Assembly: GCA_016201825.1 (NCBI GenBank)
Contig: JACQCD010000121.1
Coordinates: forward strand, 1,753 to 65,752
Length of the DNA: 64,000 bases
Direction: 5' to 3'
From: Nitrospirota bacterium
GTDB lineage: Bacteria > Nitrospirota > Nitrospiria > 2-01-FULL-66-17
Numbering within the stretch: the stretch's first letter is position 1; each line of letters starts with the position of its first letter. The notes below the pieces were generated by a model, which was not told the DNA's origin, ran no database searches, and saw only the letters and a list, made by a program, of their open reading frames with translations. Shown here piece after piece: positions 25,831-35,186 of the stretch. Both the position numbers and the translations under genes were made by a program.

Positions 25831-26891
25831 CGCCCCCTCCCATCGAACCGGACGATTTGGCGTCGATCGCGTCGCGGTCGGCCGTGTCGACCCATGCCGG
25901 CGAAGACGAGCGCGGCTACGAAACCAGCCTGCGTCCGCTCTCGCTGGACGAGTATGTCGGCCAGGAGACGATCAAGGCCAATCTGCGCGTGTACATCGAG
26001 GCGGCGCGGCGGCGCGGCGAGGTCCTCGACCACGTCATCTTCTACGGCCCGCCCGGCTTGGGCAAGACCACGCTCGCCCACATCATCGCGAAAGAGCTCG
26101 GCGTCCACATCAAGGCGACATCCGGCCCCGCGCTCGAGCACGCCGGAGACCTGGCCGCGATCCTCAGCAACCTCGGTCCCCGCGACGTGTTCTTCATCGA
26201 CGAGATTCACCGCTTGCATCCCGCGATCGAGGAAGTCCTGTATCCCGCCATGGAGGACTTCCAGCTCGACATCATCATCGGGCAGGGCCCCTCGGCCCGG
26301 ACGATCAAGCTCGACCTTCCGCCGTTCACCCTGGTGGGTGCGACCACACGCGCCGGCCTCTTGACGTCGCCGCTGCGGGAGCGCTTCGGGGTCATCAGCC
26401 GGCTCGAATACTACCAGCCCGCCGAGCTGGAGCGGATCATCCTGCGATCCGCGCGCCTGCTCAAGGTCCCCATCGAACCGGCCGGCGCCGCCGAGATCGC
26501 GCGCCGGGCCCGCGGCACCCCCCGCATCGCCAACCGCCTCTTGCGCCGCGTGCGGGATTTTGCGGAGGTCAAGGGCGAGGGCGTGATCACACCCGAGGCC
26601 GCGCACAACGCGCTGGGCATGATGGAGATCGACGCCCAGGGCTTTGACGTGATGGACCGCCGACTGCTGACCGCGATCATCGACAAATTCGGCGGCGGCC
26701 CGGTGGGCGTCGACACGCTGGCCTCCGCGATCGGCGAGGAAAAGGAAACCATCGAAGACGTCTACGAACCCTTCCTCTTACAGGGCGGCTACCTCGATCG
26801 TACGCCTCGCGGCCGCCTCGCGACCCCCCTCGCATACCAGCACCTCAATCGTCCGCTGCCGAACAGCGCTGATCAAAAACCGCTGTGGTAG
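25827..26891 (+). CDS. ruvB: Holliday junction branch migration helicase RuvB
   Basis: [13 protein letters not shown]…[13 protein letters not shown]…FIDEIHRL…. Confidence 0.96.
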   Translation: MTPPPIEPDDLASIASRSAVSTHAGEDERGYETSLRPLSLDEYVGQETIKANLRVYIEAARRRGEVLDHVIFYGPPGLGKTTLAHIIAKELGVHIKATSGPALEHAGDLAAILSNLGPRDVFFIDEIHRLHPAIEEVLYPAMEDFQLDIIIGQGPSARTIKLDLPPFTLVGATTRAGLLTSPLRERFGVISRLEYYQPAELERIILRSARLLKVPIEPAGAAEIARRARGTPRIANRLLRRVRDFAEVKGEGVITPEAAHNALGMMEIDAQGFDVMDRRLLTAIIDKFGGGPVGVDTLASAIGEEKETIEDVYEPFLLQGGYLDRTPRGRLATPLAYQHLNRPLPNSADQKPLW

Positions 26892-26941
26892 ACGTGACAA
26901 AACCTGCTGACTTAAACCCAGTTGTGTGAGATCATTTTACG

Positions 26942-27247
26942 GTGAAGCAACAGTTCCAGTATCAATTTGAGTGGGACCCAGCAAAAGCCCGTCAGAATGC
27001 CAAAAGACACGGAGTTCCCTTTGAACGTGCGGCGACAGTGTTCCTTGATCCAGACGCCTTGTCCGAATTTGATGAGGAACACAGTCGGGGAGAAGATCGG
27101 TGGATTACCTTGGGGGTAGATCGGACAGGAATCCTCTTGGTTGTCTGTCATACGTATCGTGAGGAGAGGCAATCCAGTGCTCGGATACGGGTGATCTCCG
27201 CGCGCAAGGCCACCAGACCTGAAGCCGGCCAGTATAGGAGGAAATAA
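26942..27247 (+). CDS. brnT: BrnT-family (DUF497) toxin
   Basis: FEWDPAKARQNAKRHGVPFERAATVFLDP…IRVISARKATRPEAGQY. Confidence 0.8.
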   Translation: MKQQFQYQFEWDPAKARQNAKRHGVPFERAATVFLDPDALSEFDEEHSRGEDRWITLGVDRTGILLVVCHTYREERQSSARIRVISARKATRPEAGQYRRK

Positions 27248-27250
27248 CCG

Positions 27251-27451
27251 ATGAAACGAGAATACGACTTTTCAAAGGCCGTGAGGGGGAAATTTTACCG
27301 CAAGGGAGCGATGGTACGGTTACCCATTTATCTGGGTTCTAAGCTGCAGAACCAGGTGGAACGCATTGCACGGAAAAAGGGCAAAGAGCTGGAAGACGTC
27401 GTGAATGCACTCGTGAAGAAGGAAGTGGAGTTGCTGGAGGAATTCACCTGA
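27251..27451 (+). CDS. brnA: BrnA-like antitoxin (RHH/CopG-like)
   Basis: 66 aa starting 4 nt after brnT. MKREYDFSKAVRGKFY…VRLPIYLGSKLQNQVERIARKKG…. Confidence 0.6.
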   Translation: MKREYDFSKAVRGKFYRKGAMVRLPIYLGSKLQNQVERIARKKGKELEDVVNALVKKEVELLEEFT

Positions 27452-27843
27452 GACAGAAATGGTATCAGACACCTTTTTACAACCTCGTCACCATTCTTGA
27501 TCACGACGAGAGTAATTGGCTCTACGGAAGACTCAGATTATCCGTAGGCTGACGTCGTAATAAAAGACGGCAGAGATGCCAGCTAATACATGCTATGTGT
27601 TCGGTGGGCGCGATCTGCCCGAGTTGTTCCGCGCGTGGGAACCCGCGCTCCGTTAGACGCTGAGCGTGTGGATGCCATCAGGAAGGGGCGAGACGCCGTG
27701 AGAGACGGACCTTCGAGCATGGGCGTCGAAGCGGCTCGCTTCGGAAACGATGTCGCTCGCCGCCGACAAGACCAACGGCGTTGCTGAAGCCGAAAGCGCG
27801 ACGCTATCGTTCAACAGTAACTTCCCAAGTCGGGGCCAAGAGG

Positions 27844-28677
27844 ATGCTCACCAAAGAGACGTGTGTCCAGAAATACGAGCAGTGCAAGCTCATCAAGAAC
27901 GGCGGCATTCCGGAGTACCGCGAGTTCTTGAAGTACGCAGGCATTGACAGACGTCAACTCGGAAAGCTCTTTGGATCGTCAGCGTACTCGAAACTTCAGG
28001 ACGCCGCTGGCGACGCTCCAAATAAACTGCAATTGGAACGCACGCCACTCTCGACGATCATGCAGCAATACGGCAGCCTCGTCACAGAACTCGGCGTTGT
28101 GCCAGCGTATGCCGAATGGGACCATCGAGGCCTGAAGCCCACAGAGAGTGGGCTGCGTGCAAAACCTCACAACATGAAATGGTCCGATCTCCCAACAAAA
28201 TTTGTGGAATGGGTGACGACGAACAGGGTCTCCGGATTCGAGAGAGCGATTGAAATTATCACGGCGTCCGATCGGACGCCCGCCAAAAGGACATCGGACA
28301 GCGATGGAGATTTTTCTAGACTGATCAAAGATGTCAGAACGTGGACGCCTGCCCGACGAAGAAACAACGAATCCGAGTACAAGATCGAGCTGCGCAAACA
28401 CCTGGAGTCTCTGAATCACGAACTGAATGAGGAGTATGGCGAGAGCAAGTACGATTTGCTTGTTCGACGAAAATACGCAATCGAGGTCAAGAAGGACCCA
28501 GATCTTGCCGAATATGATCGCCTCTTCGGGCAGCTCGCGAGGCATCTCCAGCACCAGTGCAAAGTGATCGTCCTGATACTCGAGGCCACAAGAAAAGACA
28601 AATATGACAATTTCACCGCGCTTGTCGACAAGTACCTCAATGTCGACGAAAACTCGGTCGTGGTAATTAAGAAATGA
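27844..28677 (+). CDS. two HEAR-like (homing-endonuclease-associated) repeats fused to a C-terminal PD-(D/E)xK-type nuclease-like domain
   Basis: Repeats …YEQCKLIKNGGIPEYREF…LFGSSAYSKLQDAAG and …YGSLVTELGVVPAYAEWD… C-terminus ESEYKIELRKHLE…YDLLVRRKYAIEVKKD (E…D…ExK). Start at the ATG at 27844 after AAGAGG. Confidence 0.5.
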   Translation: MLTKETCVQKYEQCKLIKNGGIPEYREFLKYAGIDRRQLGKLFGSSAYSKLQDAAGDAPNKLQLERTPLSTIMQQYGSLVTELGVVPAYAEWDHRGLKPTESGLRAKPHNMKWSDLPTKFVEWVTTNRVSGFERAIEIITASDRTPAKRTSDSDGDFSRLIKDVRTWTPARRRNNESEYKIELRKHLESLNHELNEEYGESKYDLLVRRKYAIEVKKDPDLAEYDRLFGQLARHLQHQCKVIVLILEATRKDKYDNFTALVDKYLNVDENSVVVIKK

Positions 28678-28833
28678 ACCCACAGGCGCCGTGTCAAAGG
28701 GCCAAGGACCCCCTACCAAGTCTACCCCGTCGTTCAAGCCAACCGGCCTCCGGCGTCGTGTTCCACGCGCCGTCTCCCGGCCGTCCGGCTTAACTTTGCG
28801 TTAGATGACAAAACCAATTGACCGAGGTTTCAA

Positions 28834-29388
28834 ATGACATGGAGTAATCTCGCGAGTATAGGTCCGCGCAAGTTCGTCTGCGGCTTCTGTGGGAACGTGG
28901 TTGCATCAGCGCTGGGATGGTATACGAACGTCCAACCGCAGGCCTTCGTTTACGTCTGTCCCAACTGTGATCGCCCCACCCTGTTCGGCGATCGTGGACA
29001 GATCCCAGGTGTAGTCCCTGGCAATGAGGTAAGCCATCTTCCTCAAGACATCGAATCCCTCTATCGAGAGGCCCGGTCGTGCGTTTCTGTTAGTTCTCAC
29101 ACTTCAGCAGTTCTGACGTGCCGCAAGCTATTGATGAACATCGCGGTTGCACAGGGGGCTAAAGAGGGGGAGTCATTCGTCTCCTACGTTGAGTACCTGG
29201 CTAACGCCGGCTTCGTTCCGCCAAATGGTCGCGGCTGGGTGGACCACATCCGCAGCAAGGGCAATGAGGCTAACCACGAGATCAAGCTCATGGGGCAGGC
29301 CGACGCCGAAGAGCTCATCGCCTTCGTCGAGATGCTACTCAAGTTCATCTATGAATTCCCGAGCAAGGTGCCGGCCAAGACAACGTGA
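28834..29388 (+). CDS. Zn-ribbon + DUF4145 domain protein
   Basis: CGFCGN…CPNCDR (4-Cys ribbon), then LYREARSCVSVSSHTSAVLTCRKLLMN…VDHIRSKGNEANHE…AEELIAFVEMLLKFIY, typical of DUF4145. Confidence 0.7.
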   Translation: MTWSNLASIGPRKFVCGFCGNVVASALGWYTNVQPQAFVYVCPNCDRPTLFGDRGQIPGVVPGNEVSHLPQDIESLYREARSCVSVSSHTSAVLTCRKLLMNIAVAQGAKEGESFVSYVEYLANAGFVPPNGRGWVDHIRSKGNEANHEIKLMGQADAEELIAFVEMLLKFIYEFPSKVPAKTT

Positions 29389-29502
29389 GTGAACGATCGG
29401 GCACATCGGTAACAGAATAGTCCGGGGACATGGGTTACAGTTGGCGCTTCGGTCTCCATAAGCATCTTCGATTCGCATGTGTTGTTTGAGCAACAGCCCG
29501 AG

Positions 29503-29551
29503 CTTTTAGGGGCCGAAGTACGCGGATCGGAACCCCCGTCATCGGTTTTTT
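29503..29551 (+). terminator. possible terminator (imperfect GC hairpin plus T6)
   Basis: GGGGCCGA…TCGGAACCCC then CCGTCATCGG followed by TTTTTT at 29546-29551. Confidence 0.3.
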
Positions 29552-29673
29552 CGACTCACCGCGTCAGGTTCTCGCTCTTAACCCGTCTGTAGCTGGTCGC
29601 TGCGCGGTGCCTCTCCGACGTGCCGCTGCTCACTGCGCGCTCGATCGCGAAGCGGGTGATGCGTGGTGCAGGA

Positions 29674-29702
29674 TTGCAAAAGCCATTGAAATGCTTTATG
29701 AT
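29674..29702 (+). promoter_or_regulatory. sigma70-type promoter TTGCAA-N17-TATGAT for the pheA supraoperon
   Basis: TTGCAA at 29674-29679 and TATGAT at 29697-29702, about 50 nt upstream of the pheA ATG. Confidence 0.5.
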
Positions 29703-29752
29703 GTGGCATTTCTGGCGGACTCGGACGCATCGGCAATAGATGATCTTTCGGG

Positions 29753-30832
29753 ATGTTTGGCATGGATAAGGCGCTACAGATCCTCCGCGACCGCATCGAT
29801 GAGATCGACGACACGATTCTTGGTCTGTTGAATCGTCGGGCGTCGATCGTCACCGAAGTGGGGCAGATTAAGAAGCGGGAGCAGGCTCAGGTGCATGCGC
29901 CTCGACGCGAACAGGAAATTCTCGAGCGCCTCGAGAAGCAAAATCCCGGGCCCTTTCCCAACGAGGCGGTGCGGGCCGTGTTTCGCGAAATCATGTCGGC
30001 GTCGCTCGCGCTCGAAGGGCCGCTCAAGGTCGCGTATTTGGGCCCGCCGGGGACCTTCACCCACGTCGCGTGCTTGAAACAGTTCGGAACGTCGGCGTCG
30101 GCCGTGGCGGTGAACAGCGTCAAGGACGTCTTTAACGAGGTGGAACGCGGACGGGCCGATTACGGCGTGGTGCCGATCGAGAATTCGACCGAAGGCGTCG
30201 TGGCCCATACCCTCGACCTGTTCGTCGACTCGCCGCTGAAGATCACCGGGGAAATCCTGCAAGAGGTCTCGCACCATTTGCTCTCGCGAACCGGCGTGCT
30301 CGAGAACGTGAAGCGGATCTACTCGCATCCCCAGCCGGTGGCGCAGTGCCGAGCCTGGCTGGAGCGGCACGTGCCGGACGTCCCGATTATCGAGGTGTAC
30401 AGCACCGCGCGCGCCGCCGAGCTGTGCCGCGACGAACCGGAGGCGGCGGCGATCGCGTCCGATCTGGCGGCGCGTCTCTACGGGCTGACCTTCGTGGAGA
30501 AAAAGATCGAGGACAACCCCTCGAACTCCACCCGGTTTCTCATCATCGCCCGGACGGCGCCGGAACGCACCGGCCGGGATAAGACCTCGGTGATGTTCTC
30601 GATCAAGGATCGAGTCGGCGCGCTATACGAGATGCTCAAGCCGTTTGCCGAACAGAAGCTGAATCTGTCCAAGATCGAATCGCGGCCCTCGAAGCGCAAG
30701 GCATGGGAGTACCTGTTCTACGTGGATATCGAAGGGCACCTCGATGACCACCCGGTGAAGGCCGCGCTGGAGGCCCTGCGCCCCCAGTGCCAGGTGCTCA
30801 AGGTCCTCGGTTCATATCCAACGGCTGAATGA
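29753..30832 (+). CDS. pheA: bifunctional chorismate mutase / prephenate dehydratase (P-protein)
   Basis: LRDRIDEIDDTILGLLNRRA (chorismate mutase), VAYLGPPGTFTH (prephenate dehydratase), and a C-terminal ACT domain. ATG at 29753 or 29762. Confidence 0.92.
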   Translation: MFGMDKALQILRDRIDEIDDTILGLLNRRASIVTEVGQIKKREQAQVHAPRREQEILERLEKQNPGPFPNEAVRAVFREIMSASLALEGPLKVAYLGPPGTFTHVACLKQFGTSASAVAVNSVKDVFNEVERGRADYGVVPIENSTEGVVAHTLDLFVDSPLKITGEILQEVSHHLLSRTGVLENVKRIYSHPQPVAQCRAWLERHVPDVPIIEVYSTARAAELCRDEPEAAAIASDLAARLYGLTFVEKKIEDNPSNSTRFLIIARTAPERTGRDKTSVMFSIKDRVGALYEMLKPFAEQKLNLSKIESRPSKRKAWEYLFYVDIEGHLDDHPVKAALEALRPQCQVLKVLGSYPTAE

Positions 30833-30839
30833 GGGGTCG

Positions 30840-31937
30840 ATGTCCGGTGGCGCCATGAGATACCGCGTGCGACCCGAGATTCTTGGGATCGCCCCCTATG
30901 TTCCCGGCAAACCGATCGAAGAGGTCGAGCGCGAATTCGGCATCAGCGGGGCGGTGAAGCTGGCGTCGAACGAAAATCCGCTCGGCCCTTCGCCGGCGGC
31001 GCTGGAGGCGGTGCGGGGAGTGCTCGGCGGCCTGCATCGCTACCCGGACGGCGGCGGAACGATGCTGCGCGAGACGATTGCGGCGCGACTGAAGGTGGCG
31101 GCCAAGCGGGTGATCCTGGGCAACGGGTCGGACGAAGTCGTCGATCTGCTGGCCAAGGCGCTCCTGACCGTCGGCGACGAGGCCATCATGGCGACTCCGA
31201 CGTTCGGAGTGTACCGGATCGTCGTCCTGGCCAATCAAGGCCGTCCGATCGAGGTGCCGCTCCGAGCGGGGCGGCACGATCTGGACGCGATGGTGGGCGC
31301 GGTGACGCCCCGGACTCGCTTGCTCTTCGTGTGCAATCCCAACAGCCCGACCGGGACGGCGATGACCCGAAACGAGGTGACGGCGATGCTGGAGCGGCTG
31401 CCCGAGCAGGTCGTGGTGGTGTGCGACCACGCCTACGAAGACTACGCCGTCTCCGCCGATTTTCCTCAGACCGCGGCGCTGCTCGAAAGCGGAAGGCCGG
31501 TGGTGGTGCTACGGACGTTTTCCAAGATCTATGGATTGGCGGGGCTCCGGATCGGATACGGGGTGGGGCCCGCGGACCTCGTCGGGATGCTCAACCGCAT
31601 CCGCCTTCCGTTCAACGCCAGCACGGTGGCCCAGGCCGCGGCGATCGCCGCGCTGGGGGATGAGGCGCACGTTCGGGCGAGCCGGATGGTCAATGCGGCC
31701 GGCAAGACGTATCTGACCCAGGGGTTTGCGAGGTTGGGGCTGGCGTGGTACCCCACCGAGGCGAATTTCGTGTATGTGGATGTCGGTCGGGACGGCCGGG
31801 ACGTATTCGAGCGGCTGCTGCACCACGGCGTGATCGTTCGCCATCTGGATGGGACGTGGCTGCGGATCACGATCGGGCTTCCCGAGGAGAACCAACGGTG
31901 TCTCTCGGCTCTCGAGAGAGTATTGGCGGACGGCTGA
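30840..31937 (+). CDS. hisC: histidinol-phosphate / aromatic aminotransferase
   Basis: YVPGKPIEEV…KLASNENPLGPSP…TFSKIYGLAGLRIGY. Confidence 0.88.
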   Translation: MSGGAMRYRVRPEILGIAPYVPGKPIEEVEREFGISGAVKLASNENPLGPSPAALEAVRGVLGGLHRYPDGGGTMLRETIAARLKVAAKRVILGNGSDEVVDLLAKALLTVGDEAIMATPTFGVYRIVVLANQGRPIEVPLRAGRHDLDAMVGAVTPRTRLLFVCNPNSPTGTAMTRNEVTAMLERLPEQVVVVCDHAYEDYAVSADFPQTAALLESGRPVVVLRTFSKIYGLAGLRIGYGVGPADLVGMLNRIRLPFNASTVAQAAAIAALGDEAHVRASRMVNAAGKTYLTQGFARLGLAWYPTEANFVYVDVGRDGRDVFERLLHHGVIVRHLDGTWLRITIGLPEENQRCLSALERVLADG

Positions 31938-32006
31938 CCGAGAGGCCGGGCGGATAGGCAAAGGCTCCCGGCGACGCGATCGCACGGAGCGATGAAGGAG
32001 TCGTGC

Positions 32007-33023
32007 ATGATCATTATTTTGAAACCGGAGGCCACGCAGGCGGAAATCGACCACCTGACGCAAAAAATCAAGGAACACGGCTTGACGCCGCACCTCTCGG
32101 CCGGTCAAGAGCGTCGGTTGATCGGCGTGATCGGTGATGAGCGGGCCATCCAGAACATGCCGCTGTCCATCTTTCCGGGGGTCGAGAGCGTCCTGCCGGT
32201 GCTGGCGCCGTACAAGCTGGTCAGCCGCGAATTTAAGCGCGAGAACTCGGTGATCCCGCTGGGCGACGGGGTGACGATCGGCGGCAAACAGGTGCCGGTC
32301 ATGGCGGGACCGTGCGCGGTCGAGACGCAGGCCCAGGTGCTCGGCATCGCGAAGGCCGTCCGGTCCGCGGGTGCGCGCTTGCTTCGTGGGGGCGCGTTCA
32401 AACCCCGCACGTCGCCGTACGCCTTTCAGGGATTGGGTGAGGAGGGGTTGCAGTACCTCGCCGAGGCGAAGAAGATCACAGGGTTGCCCGTGATCACCGA
32501 GGTCGTCGACCCCCGCGACATCGAACTGGTCGCGCAGTACGCGGACGTGCTGCAGATCGGCGCGCGCAACATGCAGAATTTCCGGCTTCTCACCGAGGTC
32601 GGCAAATACCATAAGCCCGTGCTGCTCAAGCGGGGCCTCTCCGCCACGATCAAGGAGTTTCTCCTGTCGGCCGAGTACATCATGTCGGGGGGCAATCACC
32701 GCGTGATTCTCTGCGAGCGCGGCATTCGGACGTTCGAGACCATGACGCGCAACACCTTGGATCTCGCGGCGGTGCCCTTGATCAAGGGGTTGTCGCACTT
32801 GCCGGTCGTGGTGGATCCCAGCCATGCCACCGGCCGGTGGGACCTGGTGGCTCCGATGGCGCTGGCGGCGGTGGCGGCGGGGGCCGACGGGCTCTTGATC
32901 GAAGTGCACGGGAATCCCGAGGAAGCCTTGTCCGACGGTGAGGAATCACTCAAGCCAGCCAAGTTCGCGGCCATGATGACCGAGCTCCGCAAGGTCGCAA
33001 CCGCCGTGGGCCGGGAGATTTGA
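32007..33023 (+). CDS. aroF: 3-deoxy-7-phosphoheptulonate (DAHP) synthase, type I-beta with N-terminal regulatory domain
   Basis: [17 protein letters not shown]…MAGPCAVE…[13 protein letters not shown]…VDPSH. An alternative ATG lies at 31992. Confidence 0.88.
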   Translation: MIIILKPEATQAEIDHLTQKIKEHGLTPHLSAGQERRLIGVIGDERAIQNMPLSIFPGVESVLPVLAPYKLVSREFKRENSVIPLGDGVTIGGKQVPVMAGPCAVETQAQVLGIAKAVRSAGARLLRGGAFKPRTSPYAFQGLGEEGLQYLAEAKKITGLPVITEVVDPRDIELVAQYADVLQIGARNMQNFRLLTEVGKYHKPVLLKRGLSATIKEFLLSAEYIMSGGNHRVILCERGIRTFETMTRNTLDLAAVPLIKGLSHLPVVVDPSHATGRWDLVAPMALAAVAAGADGLLIEVHGNPEEALSDGEESLKPAKFAAMMTELRKVATAVGREI

Positions 33024-33066
33024 CATACCCGGTCCGGCGCTAGTCCGGCGGCTGGCCGTCGTCGGC

Positions 33067-33891
33067 GTGGGCCTGATCGGCGGCTCTCTGGCATGGGGCG
33101 TCAAGCGGCGCGGGTTGGCGCGGGAGGTCGTGGGCGTGGACCGCGACCCGACGTCGTTACGACGCGCGATCGACGCGGGAATGATCGATGCGTCGGCGGG
33201 GTTGGAGGCCGCGGTCCGCGGCGCCGATCTCGTGGTCTTGGCGGTTCCGGTCGGAGCGTTGGCCGGGCTGGCCGATGAGCTGGCTCCGTGGCTCGCTCCG
33301 GAGACCGTGGTGACGGACGTAGGGAGCGTGAAGCTCCCGGTCGTCGAACGCCTCGGGTCGGTGATTCACCGATTTGTCGGCGGGCACCCGATGGCCGGCG
33401 GCGAGCAGTCGGGCGCGGCGGCGGCGGTCCCCGATTTGTTCGACGGCACACAGTGTGTGCTGACCCCCACGGCGCAAACCGATCCGAAGGCGCTCGAGGC
33501 GGTGGAGCGATTGTGGAAGGGGCTGGGCGCGACTATCGTTCGGATGGACGCCGCGCGACACGACGAGGTCGTGGCGGCGGTCAGCCATTTGCCGCATCTG
33601 GCCGCGTACGCCTTGGTCAGCGCGGTCGCGGCCGCCGATCCGACCGGCGAGGCGCTTGCGTTTGCCGCGGGGGGATTTCGCGATATGACGCGGATCGCCG
33701 CGAGCTCACCCGAGATGTGGCGGGACATCTGCTTGATGAATCGCGACCCGCTGCTCGGCATGTTGGATCGGTATGACGAGGCGGTCGGCCGGTTGCGGGA
33801 ATTAGTCGGCCGGGGGGACGGCCAGGGGCTGTTGAACGAATTCGCCCGCGCGCGTTCGGTGCGCCGGGGACTTCGCGAGGGCTCGGGATGA
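33067..33891 (+). CDS. tyrA: prephenate dehydrogenase
   Basis: GLIGGSLA…GGHPMAG…SHLPHLAA. The annotated GTG start truncates the GxGxxG motif; see findings. Confidence 0.85.
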   Translation: MGLIGGSLAWGVKRRGLAREVVGVDRDPTSLRRAIDAGMIDASAGLEAAVRGADLVVLAVPVGALAGLADELAPWLAPETVVTDVGSVKLPVVERLGSVIHRFVGGHPMAGGEQSGAAAAVPDLFDGTQCVLTPTAQTDPKALEAVERLWKGLGATIVRMDAARHDEVVAAVSHLPHLAAYALVSAVAAADPTGEALAFAAGGFRDMTRIAASSPEMWRDICLMNRDPLLGMLDRYDEAVGRLRELVGRGDGQGLLNEFARARSVRRGLREGSG

Positions 33892-35186
33892 CGACGGCCG
33901 TGGTGAGCCCAGGCCGCGCGCTCCAGGGACGCCTCGCGGTGCCGGGTGACAAGTCGGTCAGCCATCGCGCCGTCATCCTCGGGGGCCTCGCGCGCGGGGA
34001 GACCGTGGTCCGCGGATTCCTGGCGTCGGACGATTGCCTGAGAACGGTTGCGGCGTTCCGCGCGATGGGACGCACCGTCGATGAAGTGACCGCGGCGGGG
34101 CGTCCCACGCTCCGCATCCGGGGCGATGGAGCCGCGGGACTGCGCGAACCGGGCGACGTGCTGGACTGCGGAAACTCGGGCACGACGATTCGCCTCTTGG
34201 CCGGCCTGCTGGCGGGGCGGCCGATGTTTTCGGTGTTGACCGGGGACGCGTCCCTTCGGCGGCGTCCGATGGCGCGGGTGGTTGACCCCTTGAGGACGAT
34301 GGGCGCCCAGATTGCCGGGCGCGAGGAGGGACGATACGCCCCCCTGGCCATCATGGGCCGTCGGTTGAAGGGCGGGACCGTCCGCCTCTCGATCGCCAGC
34401 GCGCAGGTCAAGTCGGCGCTGCTCTTGGCGGGGCTCTCGGCCGAGGGACGGACGACGGTGACGGAGCCCCAGTGCTCGCGCGACCACACCGAACGGATGC
34501 TCCGCGCATTCGGCGCTGCGGTGTCGGTGGACGGCGCGACGGTGTCGGTGTCCGGGCCGTCGGAATTGGCCGCGACCGAGGTGGAGGTGCCGGGGGATCT
34601 GTCGTCCGCCGCGTTTTTCATTGCGGCCGCGCTGATGGTGCCCGGATCGGAGGTCGTCATCGAGCGCGTGGGGGTGAACCCGACCCGAACCGGATTCCTC
34701 GACGTGCTCCGCGCCATGGGCGCGTCGGTCGTCGTCGAAGGCGCGCGGGAGGTGTCGGGTGAGCCGGTGGCCGATCTGATCGTGCGCGCCGGCCCGCTGC
34801 GCGGGACGGTGATTCGGGGCGAGTTGATCCCGCGCACGATCGACGAAATCCCGGTCCTGTGCGTGCTGGCGGCCCTCGCGGAGGGAGAAACCGTGATCGA
34901 AGGGGCGGAGGAGCTGCGGGTGAAGGAGAGCGATCGGATCGCGGTCATGGCCGAAGAACTGGGGCGGTTGGGGGTGACGGTCGAGGAGCGGCCCGCGGGG
35001 ATGCGGATCGTCGGGCCGCAGAAACCGGTGGGCGCGGAATGTGACAGCCACGGCGATCATCGAGTGGCGATGGCACTGGCGGTGGCCGCCCTGACCGCAA
35101 AGGGCCCGACGACCATCCGCGACGTGGAGTGCGTGGGCACCTCATTCCCGGGATTTTTCGAATTGTTGGAAGCGGTCCGACGGTGA
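33888..35186 (+). CDS. aroA: 3-phosphoshikimate 1-carboxyvinyltransferase (EPSP synthase)
   Basis: VPGDKSVSHRAVILGGLA…LDCGNSGTTIRLLAGLLAG…. Confidence 0.95.
   Translation: MTTAVVSPGRALQGRLAVPGDKSVSHRAVILGGLARGETVVRGFLASDDCLRTVAAFRAMGRTVDEVTAAGRPTLRIRGDGAAGLREPGDVLDCGNSGTTIRLLAGLLAGRPMFSVLTGDASLRRRPMARVVDPLRTMGAQIAGREEGRYAPLAIMGRRLKGGTVRLSIASAQVKSALLLAGLSAEGRTTVTEPQCSRDHTERMLRAFGAAVSVDGATVSVSGPSELAATEVEVPGDLSSAAFFIAAALMVPGSEVVIERVGVNPTRTGFLDVLRAMGASVVVEGAREVSGEPVADLIVRAGPLRGTVIRGELIPRTIDEIPVLCVLAALAEGETVIEGAEELRVKESDRIAVMAEELGRLGVTVEERPAGMRIVGPQKPVGAECDSHGDHRVAMALAVAALTAKGPTTIRDVECVGTSFPGFFELLEAVRR

Larger units (their letters stand above)
26900..29600. other. low-GC islet inserted between ruvB and pheA (no integrase, tRNA or clear att repeats seen)
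   Basis: Hand counts of 60-nt lines give 27241: 26/60, 28201: 29/60, 29041: 32/60 G+C, against 48/60 for ruvB line 26461. It contains a TA pair and two defence-like genes. Confidence 0.55.

Noticed and set aside
27590-27787. 65-aa ORF and other short frames in the 390-nt gap after brnA
   Set aside because: It has Arg-rich composition, no RBS and no recognisable similarity in any of the six frames I translated. It may be decayed sequence of the islet.
29389-29752. Possible tRNA or att-site remnant at the right border of the low-GC islet (for example GGATCGGAACCCCC)
   Set aside because: There is no cloverleaf and no GGTTCGAATCC-type T-arm. The only similarity between the islet flanks (CTTAAACCC versus CTTAACCC) is too short to call a direct repeat.
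33366-35060. 564-aa and 443-aa ORFs antisense to tyrA/aroA
   Set aside because: They have Arg/Pro-rich composition and overlap two well-supported housekeeping genes.
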